A stretch of DNA of 58,590 nt from an uncultured Candidatus Saccharibacteria bacterium (GTDB lineage: Bacteria; Patescibacteriota; Minisyncoccia; Phycocordibacterales; PALSA-1337), in the NCBI GenBank assembly GCA_964629235.1, contig CAZVQB010000003.1, positions 1 to 58,590 of the forward strand, given 5' to 3'. The translations under genes and the position numbers were made by a program. This document shows, one piece after another, positions 1 to 9,746 of the stretch. The notes under the pieces are model-generated. The model saw nothing but the letters and a program-made list of their open reading frames with translations. It did no database searches and was not told the origin of the DNA. The first letter of the stretch is position 1; the number at the start of each line of letters is the position of its first letter.

Positions 1-558
1 CCAGGTGAAGAATATGAAAATACTCGTCACAATACTGGAAGAATTATTTTACAATCATTAACAGATGAAGAATTTTCTTTTGATAAAAAAATAAATGCTC
101 ATGTTTGTGAAATAAAAGTAGGGAAAGAAAAAGTAAAGCTAGTTGCACCAGATACTTTTATGAATAATTCTGGTAAATCTGTTGCAGTCTTAGTAAAAAG
201 TATAAAGGCTGCTGAAAAACTAGTTGTTATATATGATGACTTCAATTTACCTTTAGGGAAAATACGAATTTCATACAATCGAAGTTCAGGAGGACATAAT
301 GGTATTGAATCAATAACAAAATCTGTTAAAACTGAAGCTTTTGTAAGAATAAGAATCGGTGTTGCTCCAGAAACTGCAAAGGGCGATGCAAAAGTTCCGC
401 ATGGAGATGAAAAAATAGAGAAATTTATACTCGGTAAGTTTAAGGATGATGAAATGAAAGTAATAAAAAAGATGGGGAAGACTGTAGAAGAAATCATTCC
501 AGTTTTGATCAAAGAGGGGAGAGAGAAGGCTATGAGTGTGTTTAATGCAAATAAATAA
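1..558 (+). CDS. pth: peptidyl-tRNA hydrolase, 5' end cut by window edge
   Basis: Frame 1 is open from nt 1 (PGEEYENTRHNTGRIIL...), matching the Pth NPG..Y..TRHN.G signature. It continues into track ORF 160..558 (FMNNSGKSV, SGGHNGIESI). Confidence 0.9.
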   Translation, partial: PGEEYENTRHNTGRIILQSLTDEEFSFDKKINAHVCEIKVGKEKVKLVAPDTFMNNSGKSVAVLVKSIKAAEKLVVIYDDFNLPLGKIRISYNRSSGGHNGIESITKSVKTEAFVRIRIGVAPETAKGDAKVPHGDEKIEKFILGKFKDDEMKVIKKMGKTVEEIIPVLIKEGREKAMSVFNANK

Positions 559-561
559 AAC

Positions 562-590
562 AAAAACCGCTTGAAGCGGTTTTTGTTTTG
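562..590. terminator. bidirectional rho-independent terminator between convergent pth and S1 genes
   Basis: AAAACCGCT tga AGCGGTTTT hairpin flanked by an A-run and a T-run. Confidence 0.75.
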
Positions 591-602
591 TATTGTTGAA
601 AA

Positions 603-1760
603 TTATTTCTTCTCTCCAATAAATGACAATGCCATCTTTTGTTCTTTTACATCAAACAAAGTGATTTTAAAGTCATAAGATTTTCCAAGTGCCAAAGTCT
701 TTCTTAGTTTTTCTTCAGAACCGAATTCTGATATGTGTACTAGACCTGCAATTCCTTCTTCAATAGATGCCAAAGCTCCGTGCTTATTGAACTTTATAAC
801 AACTCCTTGAACTTGCTGATCCTTCTTGTACTTCTTTGAAGCTTCTACCCATGGATTTTCTTTCAAAGCCTTTAGAGATAGAGAAACTTTTCCTTCTTTG
901 ATCTCAATTACTTTTACTTTTATCTTTTGTCCTACCTTAAACAATGCTCTAGGATCTTCTATTAGTGACCAATCGATTTCTGATATATGTACTAGACCTT
1001 CTAGACCATCTTCAAGCTTTACGAAAACTCCAAAGTCTACGATTCCTGTTACTGTACCTTCGATAACATCGTCAACTTTGTATTTTCCAACAATCTTCTC
1101 TTTATCCTTTGATTCTGGTGTCTTTTCAGAGAAAATAAGTTTACCTTCCTTTGGAATTGCTGAAATGATTGAAACTGAAATCTTTGTTCCAACTAGTTTC
1201 TTCAATTCTTCTAGAATCTTATCTTTGTCGCCATCAGCTACACGAGGATAATGTTCTGTCTTTAGTTGAGAAGCTGGTAGGAATCCTGAAATACCTTGCC
1301 ATTGAACGATAAGTCCACCCTTATTTGCTTCGATAATAGGAAGTTCAAGAGTTGTCTTATTATTTATTGCAACTTCAGCTTCACTCCAGATAAGTGCTTG
1401 TCGAGCTTCTTTTAGAGAAAGTTCTATATAGCCTTCTTTATTATCTGTTTCAACCACTTTTGCAGCAACGACATCGCCGATGTTTATTTTCTTTATTATA
1501 TCTCTAGCTGTGATGTATTCACGACCGTAAATAATACCAGTACCGAAAGGTGCTAGGTCGATATAAACTGCTGACTTTTCTATATTTATAACTGGTCCTT
1601 CTACCAAGTCACCGATTATAGGTGGATTAGCTGAATCATGAACTATTCTGTCCATAACTGTATCAAGCTTTGGTGGAACGACTACCTTCTCCTTTTTAAC
1701 CTTCTTTGGCTTTTCTTCAGCCACTACTTCCTTAACTACTTCTTTTGTTTTTTTGATCAT
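603..1760 (-). CDS. rpsA: 30S ribosomal protein S1-like, four S1 RNA-binding domains with Lys-rich N-terminus
   Basis: 385 aa with repeated S1-domain pattern (G.vveG.V....g.G.fv.l..g..GlvHiSE). Confidence 0.75.
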   Translation of the reverse strand: MIKKTKEVVKEVVAEEKPKKVKKEKVVVPPKLDTVMDRIVHDSANPPIIGDLVEGPVINIEKSAVYIDLAPFGTGIIYGREYITARDIIKKINIGDVVAAKVVETDNKEGYIELSLKEARQALIWSEAEVAINNKTTLELPIIEANKGGLIVQWQGISGFLPASQLKTEHYPRVADGDKDKILEELKKLVGTKISVSIISAIPKEGKLIFSEKTPESKDKEKIVGKYKVDDVIEGTVTGIVDFGVFVKLEDGLEGLVHISEIDWSLIEDPRALFKVGQKIKVKVIEIKEGKVSLSLKALKENPWVEASKKYKKDQQVQGVVIKFNKHGALASIEEGIAGLVHISEFGSEEKLRKTLALGKSYDFKITLFDVKEQKMALSFIGEKK

Positions 1761-1902
1761 ATTTATAATATACGGTCCGCTTTTTAAACTAATAATATAA
1801 ATGTGCGGGTTTAGCGTATATAGTTGTTAATAAATGGCTTAAATATTAAATAAATAATATAAATGCCTTGGAGGGTACTATAGTATAAAAAAGGGGAAAT
1901 GT

Positions 1903-2577
1903 CTATTTTTTCCACACCCCAACCCAAAAGTTTCGTTTATATGACTGATTGTTAAACTTTGTATAGTGAGTTTCTTTTTTTAAATATAAAGGTTCGCCAA
2001 ATATCGAATACATTTTTATTAAATCTTCTTTTGAAAAAACTCTTTCAGTAAGTCCAAGCGAAGGCATTATATAAGTATCATATTCTTTGCCTGGATTTGT
2101 TTTTAATAGACTTTGAGCGTTTTTGTCCCCATCTTTACATAGTGTTCTTAGGAAAAAGTATCCATCAGGCTTTAGGAGTCTGTGAATTTCTTTTAAATAA
2201 ATAGCGCGTTCACTTTCATTTAAAGAATTTGAAGAAGTAACATCAAGAATAATATCAAAATAAGCATCAGGGAAGTTGAGAGGAGTTCCAATACTTTGTT
2301 TTATAAAATCTCCGTTTGGAACTAGATTCTTTGCGAATGAAAGAGCGGTTTCAGATATTTCGATTCCAGTTATTTTATTATTTAGTCCTTGTTCGGCTAT
2401 ATAGTGACTATTCTTACCATTACCACAACCAAGGTCTAGTATATTTTTATTATCAATCTCTATACCTCTTTCTTTTCTTAAGAAACGCGCAAAATCACGC
2501 ACACATTGAGCCGGGATATCACTAAGACTTACTAGAGTGGGGTTTCTATACTCCTTTTCCCATATATTTTCTTGCAT
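1903..2577 (-). CDS. class I SAM-dependent methyltransferase
   Basis: Motif I ILDLGCGNGKNS, then ITGIEIS and a post-II acidic motif; 224 aa. Confidence 0.8.
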   Translation of the reverse strand: MQENIWEKEYRNPTLVSLSDIPAQCVRDFARFLRKERGIEIDNKNILDLGCGNGKNSHYIAEQGLNNKITGIEISETALSFAKNLVPNGDFIKQSIGTPLNFPDAYFDIILDVTSSNSLNESERAIYLKEIHRLLKPDGYFFLRTLCKDGDKNAQSLLKTNPGKEYDTYIMPSLGLTERVFSKEDLIKMYSIFGEPLYLKKETHYTKFNNQSYKRNFWVGVWKK

Positions 2578-2583
2578 CTATTA

Positions 2584-2592
2584 ACGATAACA
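2584..2592 (-). promoter_or_regulatory. extended -10 (TGTTATCGT on minus strand), 6 nt before the ATG at 2577
   Basis: Minus-strand reading is TGTTATCGT-TAATAG-ATG. Weak hexamer, but same geometry as the other leaderless-type promoters. Confidence 0.35.
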
Positions 2593-2600
2593 TATCTTTC

Positions 2601-2609
2601 TGTTATAAT
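2601..2609 (+). promoter_or_regulatory. extended -10 TGtTATAAT, 9 nt before the ATG at 2619
   Basis: tgttataat read directly; no SD between it and the ATG. Confidence 0.5.
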
Positions 2610-2618
2610 GCATTTACT

Positions 2619-3257
2619 ATGATAATTACATATTACGGAGGAGAATTTTTTAAGGTTCAATTCGGAGATACAACTTTGGCTTTTAATCCTATTTCAAAAG
2701 ATTCAAAACTAAAATCTAGTCGTTTTGGTGCAGATATTGTTCTTTCTACTACATATCACGCTGATTTCAACGGTGTTGAGCAGGTAAGTCACGGAGACAA
2801 AAAGCCTTTCGTTATATCAGGTCCTGGAGAATATGAAGTCAAAGAGGTTTTTATAAAAGGACTTCCTTCAGAGTCAAAGTATGGTGGAAAAGATCTAGTG
2901 AATACTATATATACAGTATCTTTGGAAAATATGAACATTTGTTTCCTCGGTGCTTTGAACAATTCAGAATTGAAGAATGAAACAGTAGAAGCTTTGGACG
3001 AAATAGACATCCTTTTTGTACCAATAGGTGGAGATGGAGTATTGGATCCGGTAAAAGCATATAAACTCGCGGTTTCTCTTGAACCAAAAATAATAATACC
3101 GATGCATTATGGCGATGTTGGAGCAAATGATGCTTTGAAAGTCTTTTTGAAAGAAGCAGGAGAGAATCCAAAATCAGAATCAAAGCTTACACTTAAGAAA
3201 AAGGATCTTGAAGGTAAAGAAGGTGATATTATTCTGCTCGATTCAGTGAATGAATAG
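2619..3257 (+). CDS. MBL-fold metal-dependent hydrolase-like protein (UPF0173/UlaG-like)
   Basis: 212 aa with overall beta-lactamase-fold pattern (ITYYGGEFF.., ..ILFVPIGG.., ..IIPMHYG). The HxHxDH motif looks degenerate (TTYHADF). Confidence 0.55.
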   Translation: MIITYYGGEFFKVQFGDTTLAFNPISKDSKLKSSRFGADIVLSTTYHADFNGVEQVSHGDKKPFVISGPGEYEVKEVFIKGLPSESKYGGKDLVNTIYTVSLENMNICFLGALNNSELKNETVEALDEIDILFVPIGGDGVLDPVKAYKLAVSLEPKIIIPMHYGDVGANDALKVFLKEAGENPKSESKLTLKKKDLEGKEGDIILLDSVNE

Positions 3258-3276
3258 TTTGTGTTTGGTTTTTCTA

Positions 3277-3285
3277 TGTTAAAAT
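3277..3285 (+). promoter_or_regulatory. extended -10 TGtTAAAAT, exactly 6 nt before the ATG at 3292
   Basis: tgttaaaat-taaaac-atg read directly. Confidence 0.5.
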
Positions 3286-3291
3286 TAAAAC

Positions 3292-3594
3292 ATGCTTGAA
3301 CATATTGAAAATATGAGATCAAAGCCTGAACATATTAAAAAAAGATATGCTTTTTTGATTTCATTTTCTATATCAACTCTAATATTTGTAGGTTGGATTG
3401 CTTCTTACGGCCTACACAAGACACCGATAGTTTTGGATAAAAAGGATACAGATTCAGTAACAAAAGTCGAAGCTCCAGCATCAGCTCTTACTGCTTCAGT
3501 TTCAGGACTTTTTGATGATCTAAAATCTATGTTTTCAGGTTCAAATAAAATCGAATATAGTGCACCAATCGAAGTAAAAGGAGGGAAGAGATAA
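3292..3594 (+). CDS. hypothetical small membrane protein (1 TM)
   Basis: 100-aa ORF with hydrophobic segment AFLISFSISTLIFVGWIASYGL; bracketed by promoter and terminator. Confidence 0.55.
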   Translation: MLEHIENMRSKPEHIKKRYAFLISFSISTLIFVGWIASYGLHKTPIVLDKKDTDSVTKVEAPASALTASVSGLFDDLKSMFSGSNKIEYSAPIEVKGGKR

Positions 3595-3611
3595 AATAAA
3601 TTTTAAAAAAG

Positions 3612-3648
3612 AAAATCGCTTGGGCTAAAAGCCACAAGCGAGATTTTT
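3612..3648. terminator. bidirectional terminator
   Basis: TCGCTTGGGC taaaa GCC(A)CAAGCGA, a 10-bp stem with one bulge, T-runs on both strands. Confidence 0.7.
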
Positions 3649-3668
3649 GAGTGAATTTCAAACATAAT

Positions 3669-3956
3669 CTACTTTTTGCTTTTGGAGAGATAACAGTCAA
3701 AGTATGCGTATGTACTGTACAAAAGTCCAATTAAACCGAAAATTATGAATGATAGGCAGAGTGTCCATACGTGTCTCTTTTTCCGCTTTTGGAAAAGTAG
3801 GAAATGTATGCCAACATTGATTTCGAAAGCAAAAGCACCTCCAACGATCCATGTTAAGACACAAATCATCACGTTACCTTTTATGATACCGATGATGAAT
3901 AATGTTGTGATGAGGGCAGTAATTGCCGTTTCAAATAGGATGTTTCTTGTACTCAT
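3669..3956 (-). CDS. hypothetical membrane protein (about 3 TM)
   Basis: 95-aa ORF, strongly hydrophobic. The antisense ORF 3745..3999 is less protein-like. Confidence 0.5.
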   Translation of the reverse strand: MSTRNILFETAITALITTLFIIGIIKGNVMICVLTWIVGGAFAFEINVGIHFLLFQKRKKRHVWTLCLSFIIFGLIGLLYSTYAYFDCYLSKSKK

Positions 3957-4069
3957 TCTGCCGATATTCTATGATACTAAATATGATATGTCAACCTAAT
4001 CAAATAGCGACAAAGTACTTGTTTTTTGATATACTTTTTAAATAAAATTATCAAAAATACCACAAAACT

Positions 4070-6541
4070 ATGGCAAAAAAACCTGAAATTACTGCTGAAC
4101 CTGAACCACGAGATCCTGCTCTTGGAATCGTCGCTAGAAACATTACATCAGAAATGCGAGAGTCATATCTCGACTATGCTATGTCAGTTATTACAGCGCG
4201 TGCACTGCCAGATGTACGTGATGGTTTGAAGCCTGTACACAGAAGAATCCTTTATGCTATGCATGAAAAGGGTCTTACTGCTTCTGCTAAGTTTCGAAAG
4301 TCTGCTGTAGTAGTGGGAGATGTGCTTGGTAACTATCACCCACACGGTGACGTTGCGGTTTATGATTCTATGGTTGGTATGGCTCAGGATTTTAAGATGA
4401 GATATCAGCTTATACAAGGCCAAGGAAACTTCGGTAACATCGATGGTGATCCAGCAGCAGCTATGCGATATACAGAAGCGAAGATGTCACGTCCTGCTGC
4501 AGAACTTCTAAGAGATATAGAAAAGGATACAGTAGACTTCCGACCTAACTATGACGGTACTAGAAAAGAACCGGTCGTTCTTCCAACAGCAGTTCCTAAT
4601 CTTCTTTTGAATGGAACACTAGGTATTGCTGTGGGTATGGCAACAAATATAGCACCTCACAATCTTTCTGAAGTGATCGATGCCACAACACATTTGATAG
4701 AGAATAAGAACGCTACAACAGAAGATCTACTACAGTTTATAAAAGGTCCAGACTTTCCAACTGGAGGTATTATGTATGGAGAAAAAGATATTCAGCATGC
4801 ATATTCTACAGGACGTGGGGGTATCGTTGTTCGTGGAGAAGCAGAAATAGTAGAAGATAAAAAGGGACAATTCCAAATAGTAATCACTTCTATTCCATAT
4901 CGAGTAAATAAAGCTGAACTTATAATAAAAATTGCAGATCTAGTAAGAGACAAAGCAATAGAAGGTATAAAGGGTCTTCGAGATGAATCAGATAAAGAGA
5001 TGCGAATCGTTATCGATCTAAAGAACGGTGCATATCCAGAGAAAGTCTTAAACTATATATACAAACATACTCAACTAGAAGATACATTCCATGTAAACAC
5101 AGTTGCGCTAGTAAATGGTGTTCCACAAACACTTTCTCTAAAGTCTATTCTAGAAGAATTTGTTACTCATAGAGTTGAGGTTATAAGAAGAAGAACACAG
5201 TTTGATTTAAATAAAGCTGAAGAAAGAGAACATATCTTGCTTGGATTAAAGAAAGCTCTAGACCATATCGATGAAATCATCACTCTTATTCGTGGTTCAA
5301 AAGACGCGGTGGAAGCACATGCAAACTTGATGAAGAAGTTTAAATTCTCAGAGAAACAAGCTACAGCAATTCTTGAAATGAGACTACAAAAGCTAGCAGG
5401 TCTTGAAAGAAAGAAGGTTCTTGACGAATTGGCAGAAGTACAAGAGTTAATAGAGAAACTAAAAGAAATTCTAGGTAGTGAAAAGAAAGTAAGAGGAATA
5501 ATTAAAGATGAATTAACTGAAATAAAAGCAAAGTATGGAGATGAGAGAAGAACTCGTCTTATCAAGCATGGATTGAAAGACTTTAATCCTGAAGACTTGA
5601 TACCAGATGAAGAAAGTGTACTCGTACTTACAAAGGGTGGCTATATAAAGAGGACAAATCCAGACGAATATCGACAACAGAAGCGTGGTGGTGTTGGAGT
5701 AGTTGATTTGGATACAAAAGAAGAAGATTTTATCACACATCTTGTATATGCGAATGCACACAATGATTTACTATTCTTTACTGATAAAGGAAAAGCATAT
5801 CAAATAAAAATGTACGATCTTCCAGAAGGTAAAAGAGCTACTCGAGGAAAGTCTGTTATGAACTTCCTATCACTTTCTGAAGGTGAGAAGATCACATCTA
5901 TTCTACCAATGCCAAAGAATAAAAAAGAAGCAGATGGTCTCGCACTTATGATGGTTACAAAGAATGGAACAGGTAAAAAGAGTTCAGCAAAGCATTTCCA
6001 TGATGTTCGAAGATCAGGTCTTATCGCTATTACTTTGGAAGATAAAGATGAATTGATATCAGCTTCATTTGTTTCAAAATCTGATACGGTTGTTATTGCA
6101 ACACAAGACGGTCAATCAATACGATTTGAAGCAGAGGATGTAAGAGAAATGGGTAGAAATGCAACTGGTGTTAGGGTTATCAAACTAGGTAAAGATGATG
6201 CAGTTATCAGTGCTGATGTTGTAGCAAAGGATGCAAAGAATCCGAAGCTATTCGTTATGGGTGAAAATGGATACGGAAAACAAACAAAACTTGATGAATA
6301 CAAAGTTCAGAATAGAGGAGGTTCAGGTATTCTAACTATGAATGTTACCGAGAAGACTGGTCCTTTGATCGCAGCGAAGGTTGTAACAGAGGACATAAAA
6401 GAAATGGTAGCTATGTCAAAAAAGAGTCAGGTAATACGTGTTGATCTAAATGAAATACCAACACTAGGAAGATCTACTCAGGGAGTTAGAGTTATGAAGT
6501 TAAGAGATGGGGATTCACTAGCAAGTCTTATTTGTCTTTAA
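4070..6541 (+). CDS. gyrA: DNA gyrase subunit A
   Basis: 823 aa. N-terminal [33 protein letters not shown]-like HPHGD, active-site AAMRYTE, C-terminal beta-pinwheel repeats. Confidence 0.97.
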   Translation: MAKKPEITAEPEPRDPALGIVARNITSEMRESYLDYAMSVITARALPDVRDGLKPVHRRILYAMHEKGLTASAKFRKSAVVVGDVLGNYHPHGDVAVYDSMVGMAQDFKMRYQLIQGQGNFGNIDGDPAAAMRYTEAKMSRPAAELLRDIEKDTVDFRPNYDGTRKEPVVLPTAVPNLLLNGTLGIAVGMATNIAPHNLSEVIDATTHLIENKNATTEDLLQFIKGPDFPTGGIMYGEKDIQHAYSTGRGGIVVRGEAEIVEDKKGQFQIVITSIPYRVNKAELIIKIADLVRDKAIEGIKGLRDESDKEMRIVIDLKNGAYPEKVLNYIYKHTQLEDTFHVNTVALVNGVPQTLSLKSILEEFVTHRVEVIRRRTQFDLNKAEEREHILLGLKKALDHIDEIITLIRGSKDAVEAHANLMKKFKFSEKQATAILEMRLQKLAGLERKKVLDELAEVQELIEKLKEILGSEKKVRGIIKDELTEIKAKYGDERRTRLIKHGLKDFNPEDLIPDEESVLVLTKGGYIKRTNPDEYRQQKRGGVGVVDLDTKEEDFITHLVYANAHNDLLFFTDKGKAYQIKMYDLPEGKRATRGKSVMNFLSLSEGEKITSILPMPKNKKEADGLALMMVTKNGTGKKSSAKHFHDVRRSGLIAITLEDKDELISASFVSKSDTVVIATQDGQSIRFEAEDVREMGRNATGVRVIKLGKDDAVISADVVAKDAKNPKLFVMGENGYGKQTKLDEYKVQNRGGSGILTMNVTEKTGPLIAAKVVTEDIKEMVAMSKKSQVIRVDLNEIPTLGRSTQGVRVMKLRDGDSLASLICL

Positions 6542-6556
6542 AAATAAATAATAAAT

Positions 6557-6590
6557 AAAAATGTGCATTATTTATATATTGCGCATTTTT
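6557..6590 (+). terminator. gyrA terminator
   Basis: AAAATGTGCA..loop..TGCGCATTTT hairpin followed by a T-run. Confidence 0.6.
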
Positions 6591-6594
6591 ATTA

Positions 6595-6603
6595 TGTTAT
6601 AAT
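6595..6603 (+). promoter_or_regulatory. extended -10 TGtTATAAT, exactly 6 nt before the ATG at 6610
   Basis: tgttataat-acctct-atg read directly. Confidence 0.55.
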
Positions 6604-6609
6604 ACCTCT

Positions 6610-7134
6610 ATGTTTTCTGATCCAATAAAAAATATTGCAGAACTTGGTGTTGAGCATGGTATGAAGATTGTTGATATTGGATCAGGTTCTGGTTTCTATG
6701 CTATAGAGTTGGGAAAAAAAGTTGGCCCATCTGGAAGAGTCTATGCTGTAGATATTCAACAAGATCTACTTGTAAGAATAAAAAATTCAGCTATGGGTGC
6801 TGGTCTACACAATATCGAAGTCATAAATGGCGATGTAGAGAAACTTGGAGGTACGAAGGTACGCGAAGCTATAGCGGAGCGTATAGTTTTTTCAAATACA
6901 TTATTTCAAATCGATCCAAAGAACAGAGATAATGTCGCTTTGGAAATAAAAAGATTGTTAAAACCAGGAGGGAAAGTGATGGTCATTGATTGGGATAGTA
7001 GTAGTGCTTTGAAGCCAGCTGAAGCGGTCCCCAAATCTTTAGCTCAAGGTCTTTTTGAGAAAAATGGCTTCAAAATCGAGAAGACATTTGATGCTGGAGA
7101 TCATCATTATGGTATGATATTTAAAAAAATCTAA
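6610..7134 (+). CDS. class I SAM-dependent methyltransferase
   Basis: IVDIGSGSGFYAIEL motif I, VYAVDIQ, LKPGGKVMVIDW; 174 aa. Confidence 0.8.
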   Translation: MFSDPIKNIAELGVEHGMKIVDIGSGSGFYAIELGKKVGPSGRVYAVDIQQDLLVRIKNSAMGAGLHNIEVINGDVEKLGGTKVREAIAERIVFSNTLFQIDPKNRDNVALEIKRLLKPGGKVMVIDWDSSSALKPAEAVPKSLAQGLFEKNGFKIEKTFDAGDHHYGMIFKKI

Positions 7135-7135
7135 A

Positions 7136-8434
7136 ATGAGCAAATTTCAAATAATACTTACATCAATATTTGTAATCTTTATAATAGCAGGTGTTGTAGC
7201 GTTTGCGACTTTTAAAGGTGATAGTACATCAACATCACTACCATCAATAACTATTTGGGGTACATTTCCAGAAAGTACATTCAATGATCTTGTCGGTAAG
7301 ATAAATATAAATAGAACATCACCATTATCTATTAACTATTTTGAAATCCCTAGTTCGGATTTTAGGAAACAATACATCGAGGAACTAGCAAGAGGAAAAG
7401 GTCCAGATGCTATTTTGATTGCTCAAGACGAAATACTTGGTTTTAGTGATAAAATAATAGAAATACCAAATACAGTTTTAACACAAAGAGATTTTCAGAA
7501 TACATATATTCCACAAGCTGATTTGTATATTACAAATACAGGTATAAGAGCGATACCTTTCATTGTTGATCCAATGGTTATGTATTGGAATCGCACAATA
7601 CTTACAAATGCTGGAATAGCAAAATATCCTGCATATTGGGATGATTTTTCAAATTTAATTGCAAGAATAAATCAAAAGGATCAAAATTCAAATATTAGAA
7701 GAAGTGCTATAGCTATGGGCGAATTCAGAAATATAAATCATGCTAGAGAGATTTTAAGTACATTATTTTTACAGAAAGGTAATCCTGTCACATACAATGA
7801 TGGAGAGTCTATAGTTAGTGCTTTGGGGGACAGTCAGTTTACCGGTACCAAAACATCTTCTCCAGCTTTAGCATTTTATGTACAATTTTCAAATCCACTC
7901 GGACAATATTATTCATGGAATAGATCACTACCGAGTTCAAAAAACAGTTTCTTATCAGGTAATCTAGCAACATATTTTGGTTTTGCATCTGAAATCGGAG
8001 AATTGAGAGAAAAGAATCCAAATATTGATTATGACGTAGCTCCAATGCCACAATGGAAAGGTAAGAATGGAGAGAATCGGGCAACATTTGGAAAAATGTA
8101 CGGCTTATCGATATCAAGAAGCTCAAAAGATCAGAATTCTACTTATCAAATAATCAAAATTCTAACATCGACTGAAGCATTATCACTTCTGTCAAAGGCT
8201 ACATATCTACCATCTGTAAGAAGAGATGCTGTTGCAAGTGGTTCCACAGATCCTTACATGTCAATATTTTTGGACTCTGCACTGATTTCAAAGGGCTGGC
8301 TTGATACTAGTGCACAGAAGTCAAATACAATATTTACAGATTTGGTTGAAAGTGTAACAAGTGGACGATCAAGTCTTTATAATGCTTTGAATCAAGCTAG
8401 TGAAGAATTAAACATTACTTTAAAATCACAATGA
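7136..8434 (+). CDS. membrane-anchored extracellular solute-binding protein (ABC sugar-binding family-like), orphan
   Basis: 432 aa with N-terminal TM anchor and family-1 SBP-like pattern. No permease or ATPase gene is adjacent. Confidence 0.65.
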   Translation: MSKFQIILTSIFVIFIIAGVVAFATFKGDSTSTSLPSITIWGTFPESTFNDLVGKININRTSPLSINYFEIPSSDFRKQYIEELARGKGPDAILIAQDEILGFSDKIIEIPNTVLTQRDFQNTYIPQADLYITNTGIRAIPFIVDPMVMYWNRTILTNAGIAKYPAYWDDFSNLIARINQKDQNSNIRRSAIAMGEFRNINHAREILSTLFLQKGNPVTYNDGESIVSALGDSQFTGTKTSSPALAFYVQFSNPLGQYYSWNRSLPSSKNSFLSGNLATYFGFASEIGELREKNPNIDYDVAPMPQWKGKNGENRATFGKMYGLSISRSSKDQNSTYQIIKILTSTEALSLLSKATYLPSVRRDAVASGSTDPYMSIFLDSALISKGWLDTSAQKSNTIFTDLVESVTSGRSSLYNALNQASEELNITLKSQ

Positions 8435-8853
8435 TAAATAAAAATATCAAAAAAATTGCATTTATTATAATTTTGGCAATATCAATACTGCCGAGTTTTA
8501 CTTTTGCCCAAGAGAAACTTGATTATAGTGGTCTTGTTCAGTGTGATGGAGTTATTACTCCTGGAGAAACAGAGAGACAAAGAGTATGTGATTTTAATGC
8601 GCTTATGGCAACTATAAAGTATGCAATAAACTGGCTATTCTATATAACTATACCTATTGCAACAGTAGCCTTCGCTTATGCAGGTATCTTATATATGACA
8701 GGTAATCCAAGTAAAATCGGTACTGCGAAAAGCATCTTCCAATCAGTGGCATCTGGGTTTATAATTATGCTTGTAGCGTGGATATCGGTGGTGACTGTTG
8801 TTGATTGGTTTGTTGAAAAGAATTCTGGTTTTGATGCTTTTATAGGTAAATAA
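8431..8853 (+). CDS. VirB2/TrbC-like (T4SS-pilin-type) small membrane protein, paralog 1
   Basis: Signal peptide ending FTFAQ, a Cys pair, two hydrophobic helices separated by MTGNPSKIGTAK loop. ATGA overlap with the SBP stop. Confidence 0.6.
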   Translation: MINKNIKKIAFIIILAISILPSFTFAQEKLDYSGLVQCDGVITPGETERQRVCDFNALMATIKYAINWLFYITIPIATVAFAYAGILYMTGNPSKIGTAKSIFQSVASGFIIMLVAWISVVTVVDWFVEKNSGFDAFIGK

Positions 8854-8854
8854 A

Positions 8855-9295
8855 ATGAATAAAAAAATATTATTATCTGCATTGATAGCTATACTTGTAT
8901 CGTTTACAGGGACTTTTGTTTTTGCACAGGTTCCACCGACAAGTGGTGGTGATTCATCAATTCCACCGACAAGTGGTGGTACAACCTCTAATCCACCAGC
9001 AAAAATGATAAAGCTCGAAAGTCCAATAAAAGCAAAAAATTTAAAAGATCTATTATTGTCTCTAGTTGATCTAGCAATTTTTATTGGATCTATAGTAGCT
9101 GTTTTTACTTTTATCTGGGTAGGATTTAAACTTGTGATGGCACAAGGTAATCCAGGTGAGATAGAAAAAGCAAAAGAATGGTTTACCGCTGCTATTATAG
9201 GTACAGCAATACTCATTAGTTCCAAAGTAATTGTAGAGGTTGTGAGAAATACCCTTACATCATCTGGATTAGTAAATGAACAATTATTAAAATAA
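8855..9295 (+). CDS. VirB2/TrbC-like small membrane protein, paralog 2 (PPTSGG repeats)
   Basis: Signal peptide ..FVFAQ, PPTSGG x2, two TM helices separated by MAQGNPGEIEKAKEW. Confidence 0.6.
   Translation: MNKKILLSALIAILVSFTGTFVFAQVPPTSGGDSSIPPTSGGTTSNPPAKMIKLESPIKAKNLKDLLLSLVDLAIFIGSIVAVFTFIWVGFKLVMAQGNPGEIEKAKEWFTAAIIGTAILISSKVIVEVVRNTLTSSGLVNEQLLK
8931..8980 (+). repeat. exact 20-nt direct repeat with 30-nt period inside paralog 2
   Basis: ttccaccgacaagtggtggt at 8931-8950 and again at 8961-8980. Confidence 0.9.
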
Positions 9296-9299
9296 TAAT

Positions 9300-9737
9300 A
9301 TGAATAAAATAAAAATTGGAATTGCATTAATATCACTACTACCAAGCATCACTTTTGCTGCAGGGAAGGATTTAAAGTATATTGCTTCACTTGTGGTGGA
9401 CTATTTAAATATAGGTCTAGGATTGATTATATCTTTTGCTGTAGTTACATTTGTTTGGAATGTATACCTGTATTTCTTTACAGAAAAAGATAAGACTGAA
9501 GCTGGTAAATACGTTCTTTTTAGTGTTATTGGTTTCTTCGTAATACTTTCATTCTGGGGTATGGTTGCATTATTAAAAAATACTTTGAATCTGGACAATC
9601 AGAAACCAGCTTCATTGAATAATATAGGTATACCAAGTACGGGTGGTCAGAGTGGAACCATTACTAATCCATCTTCATCGAATAATATAGGTACACCAAG
9701 CACAGGCGGTCAAAGTGGAACTATTACTAATCCATAA
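9300..9737 (+). CDS. VirB2/TrbC-like small membrane protein, paralog 3 (C-terminal tandem repeat)
   Basis: Signal peptide ..ITFAAG, two TM helices separated by FTEKDKTEAGK, C-terminal NNIG.PSTGGQSGTITNP x2. Confidence 0.6.
   Translation: MNKIKIGIALISLLPSITFAAGKDLKYIASLVVDYLNIGLGLIISFAVVTFVWNVYLYFFTEKDKTEAGKYVLFSVIGFFVILSFWGMVALLKNTLNLDNQKPASLNNIGIPSTGGQSGTITNPSSSNNIGTPSTGGQSGTITNP
9618..9734 (+). repeat. 63-nt coding tandem repeat, about 1.9 copies
   Basis: Copy 1 is 9618-9680 and copy 2 is 9681-9734. The copies differ mostly at synonymous positions. Confidence 0.9.
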
Positions 9738-9746
9738 TATTAAAAT

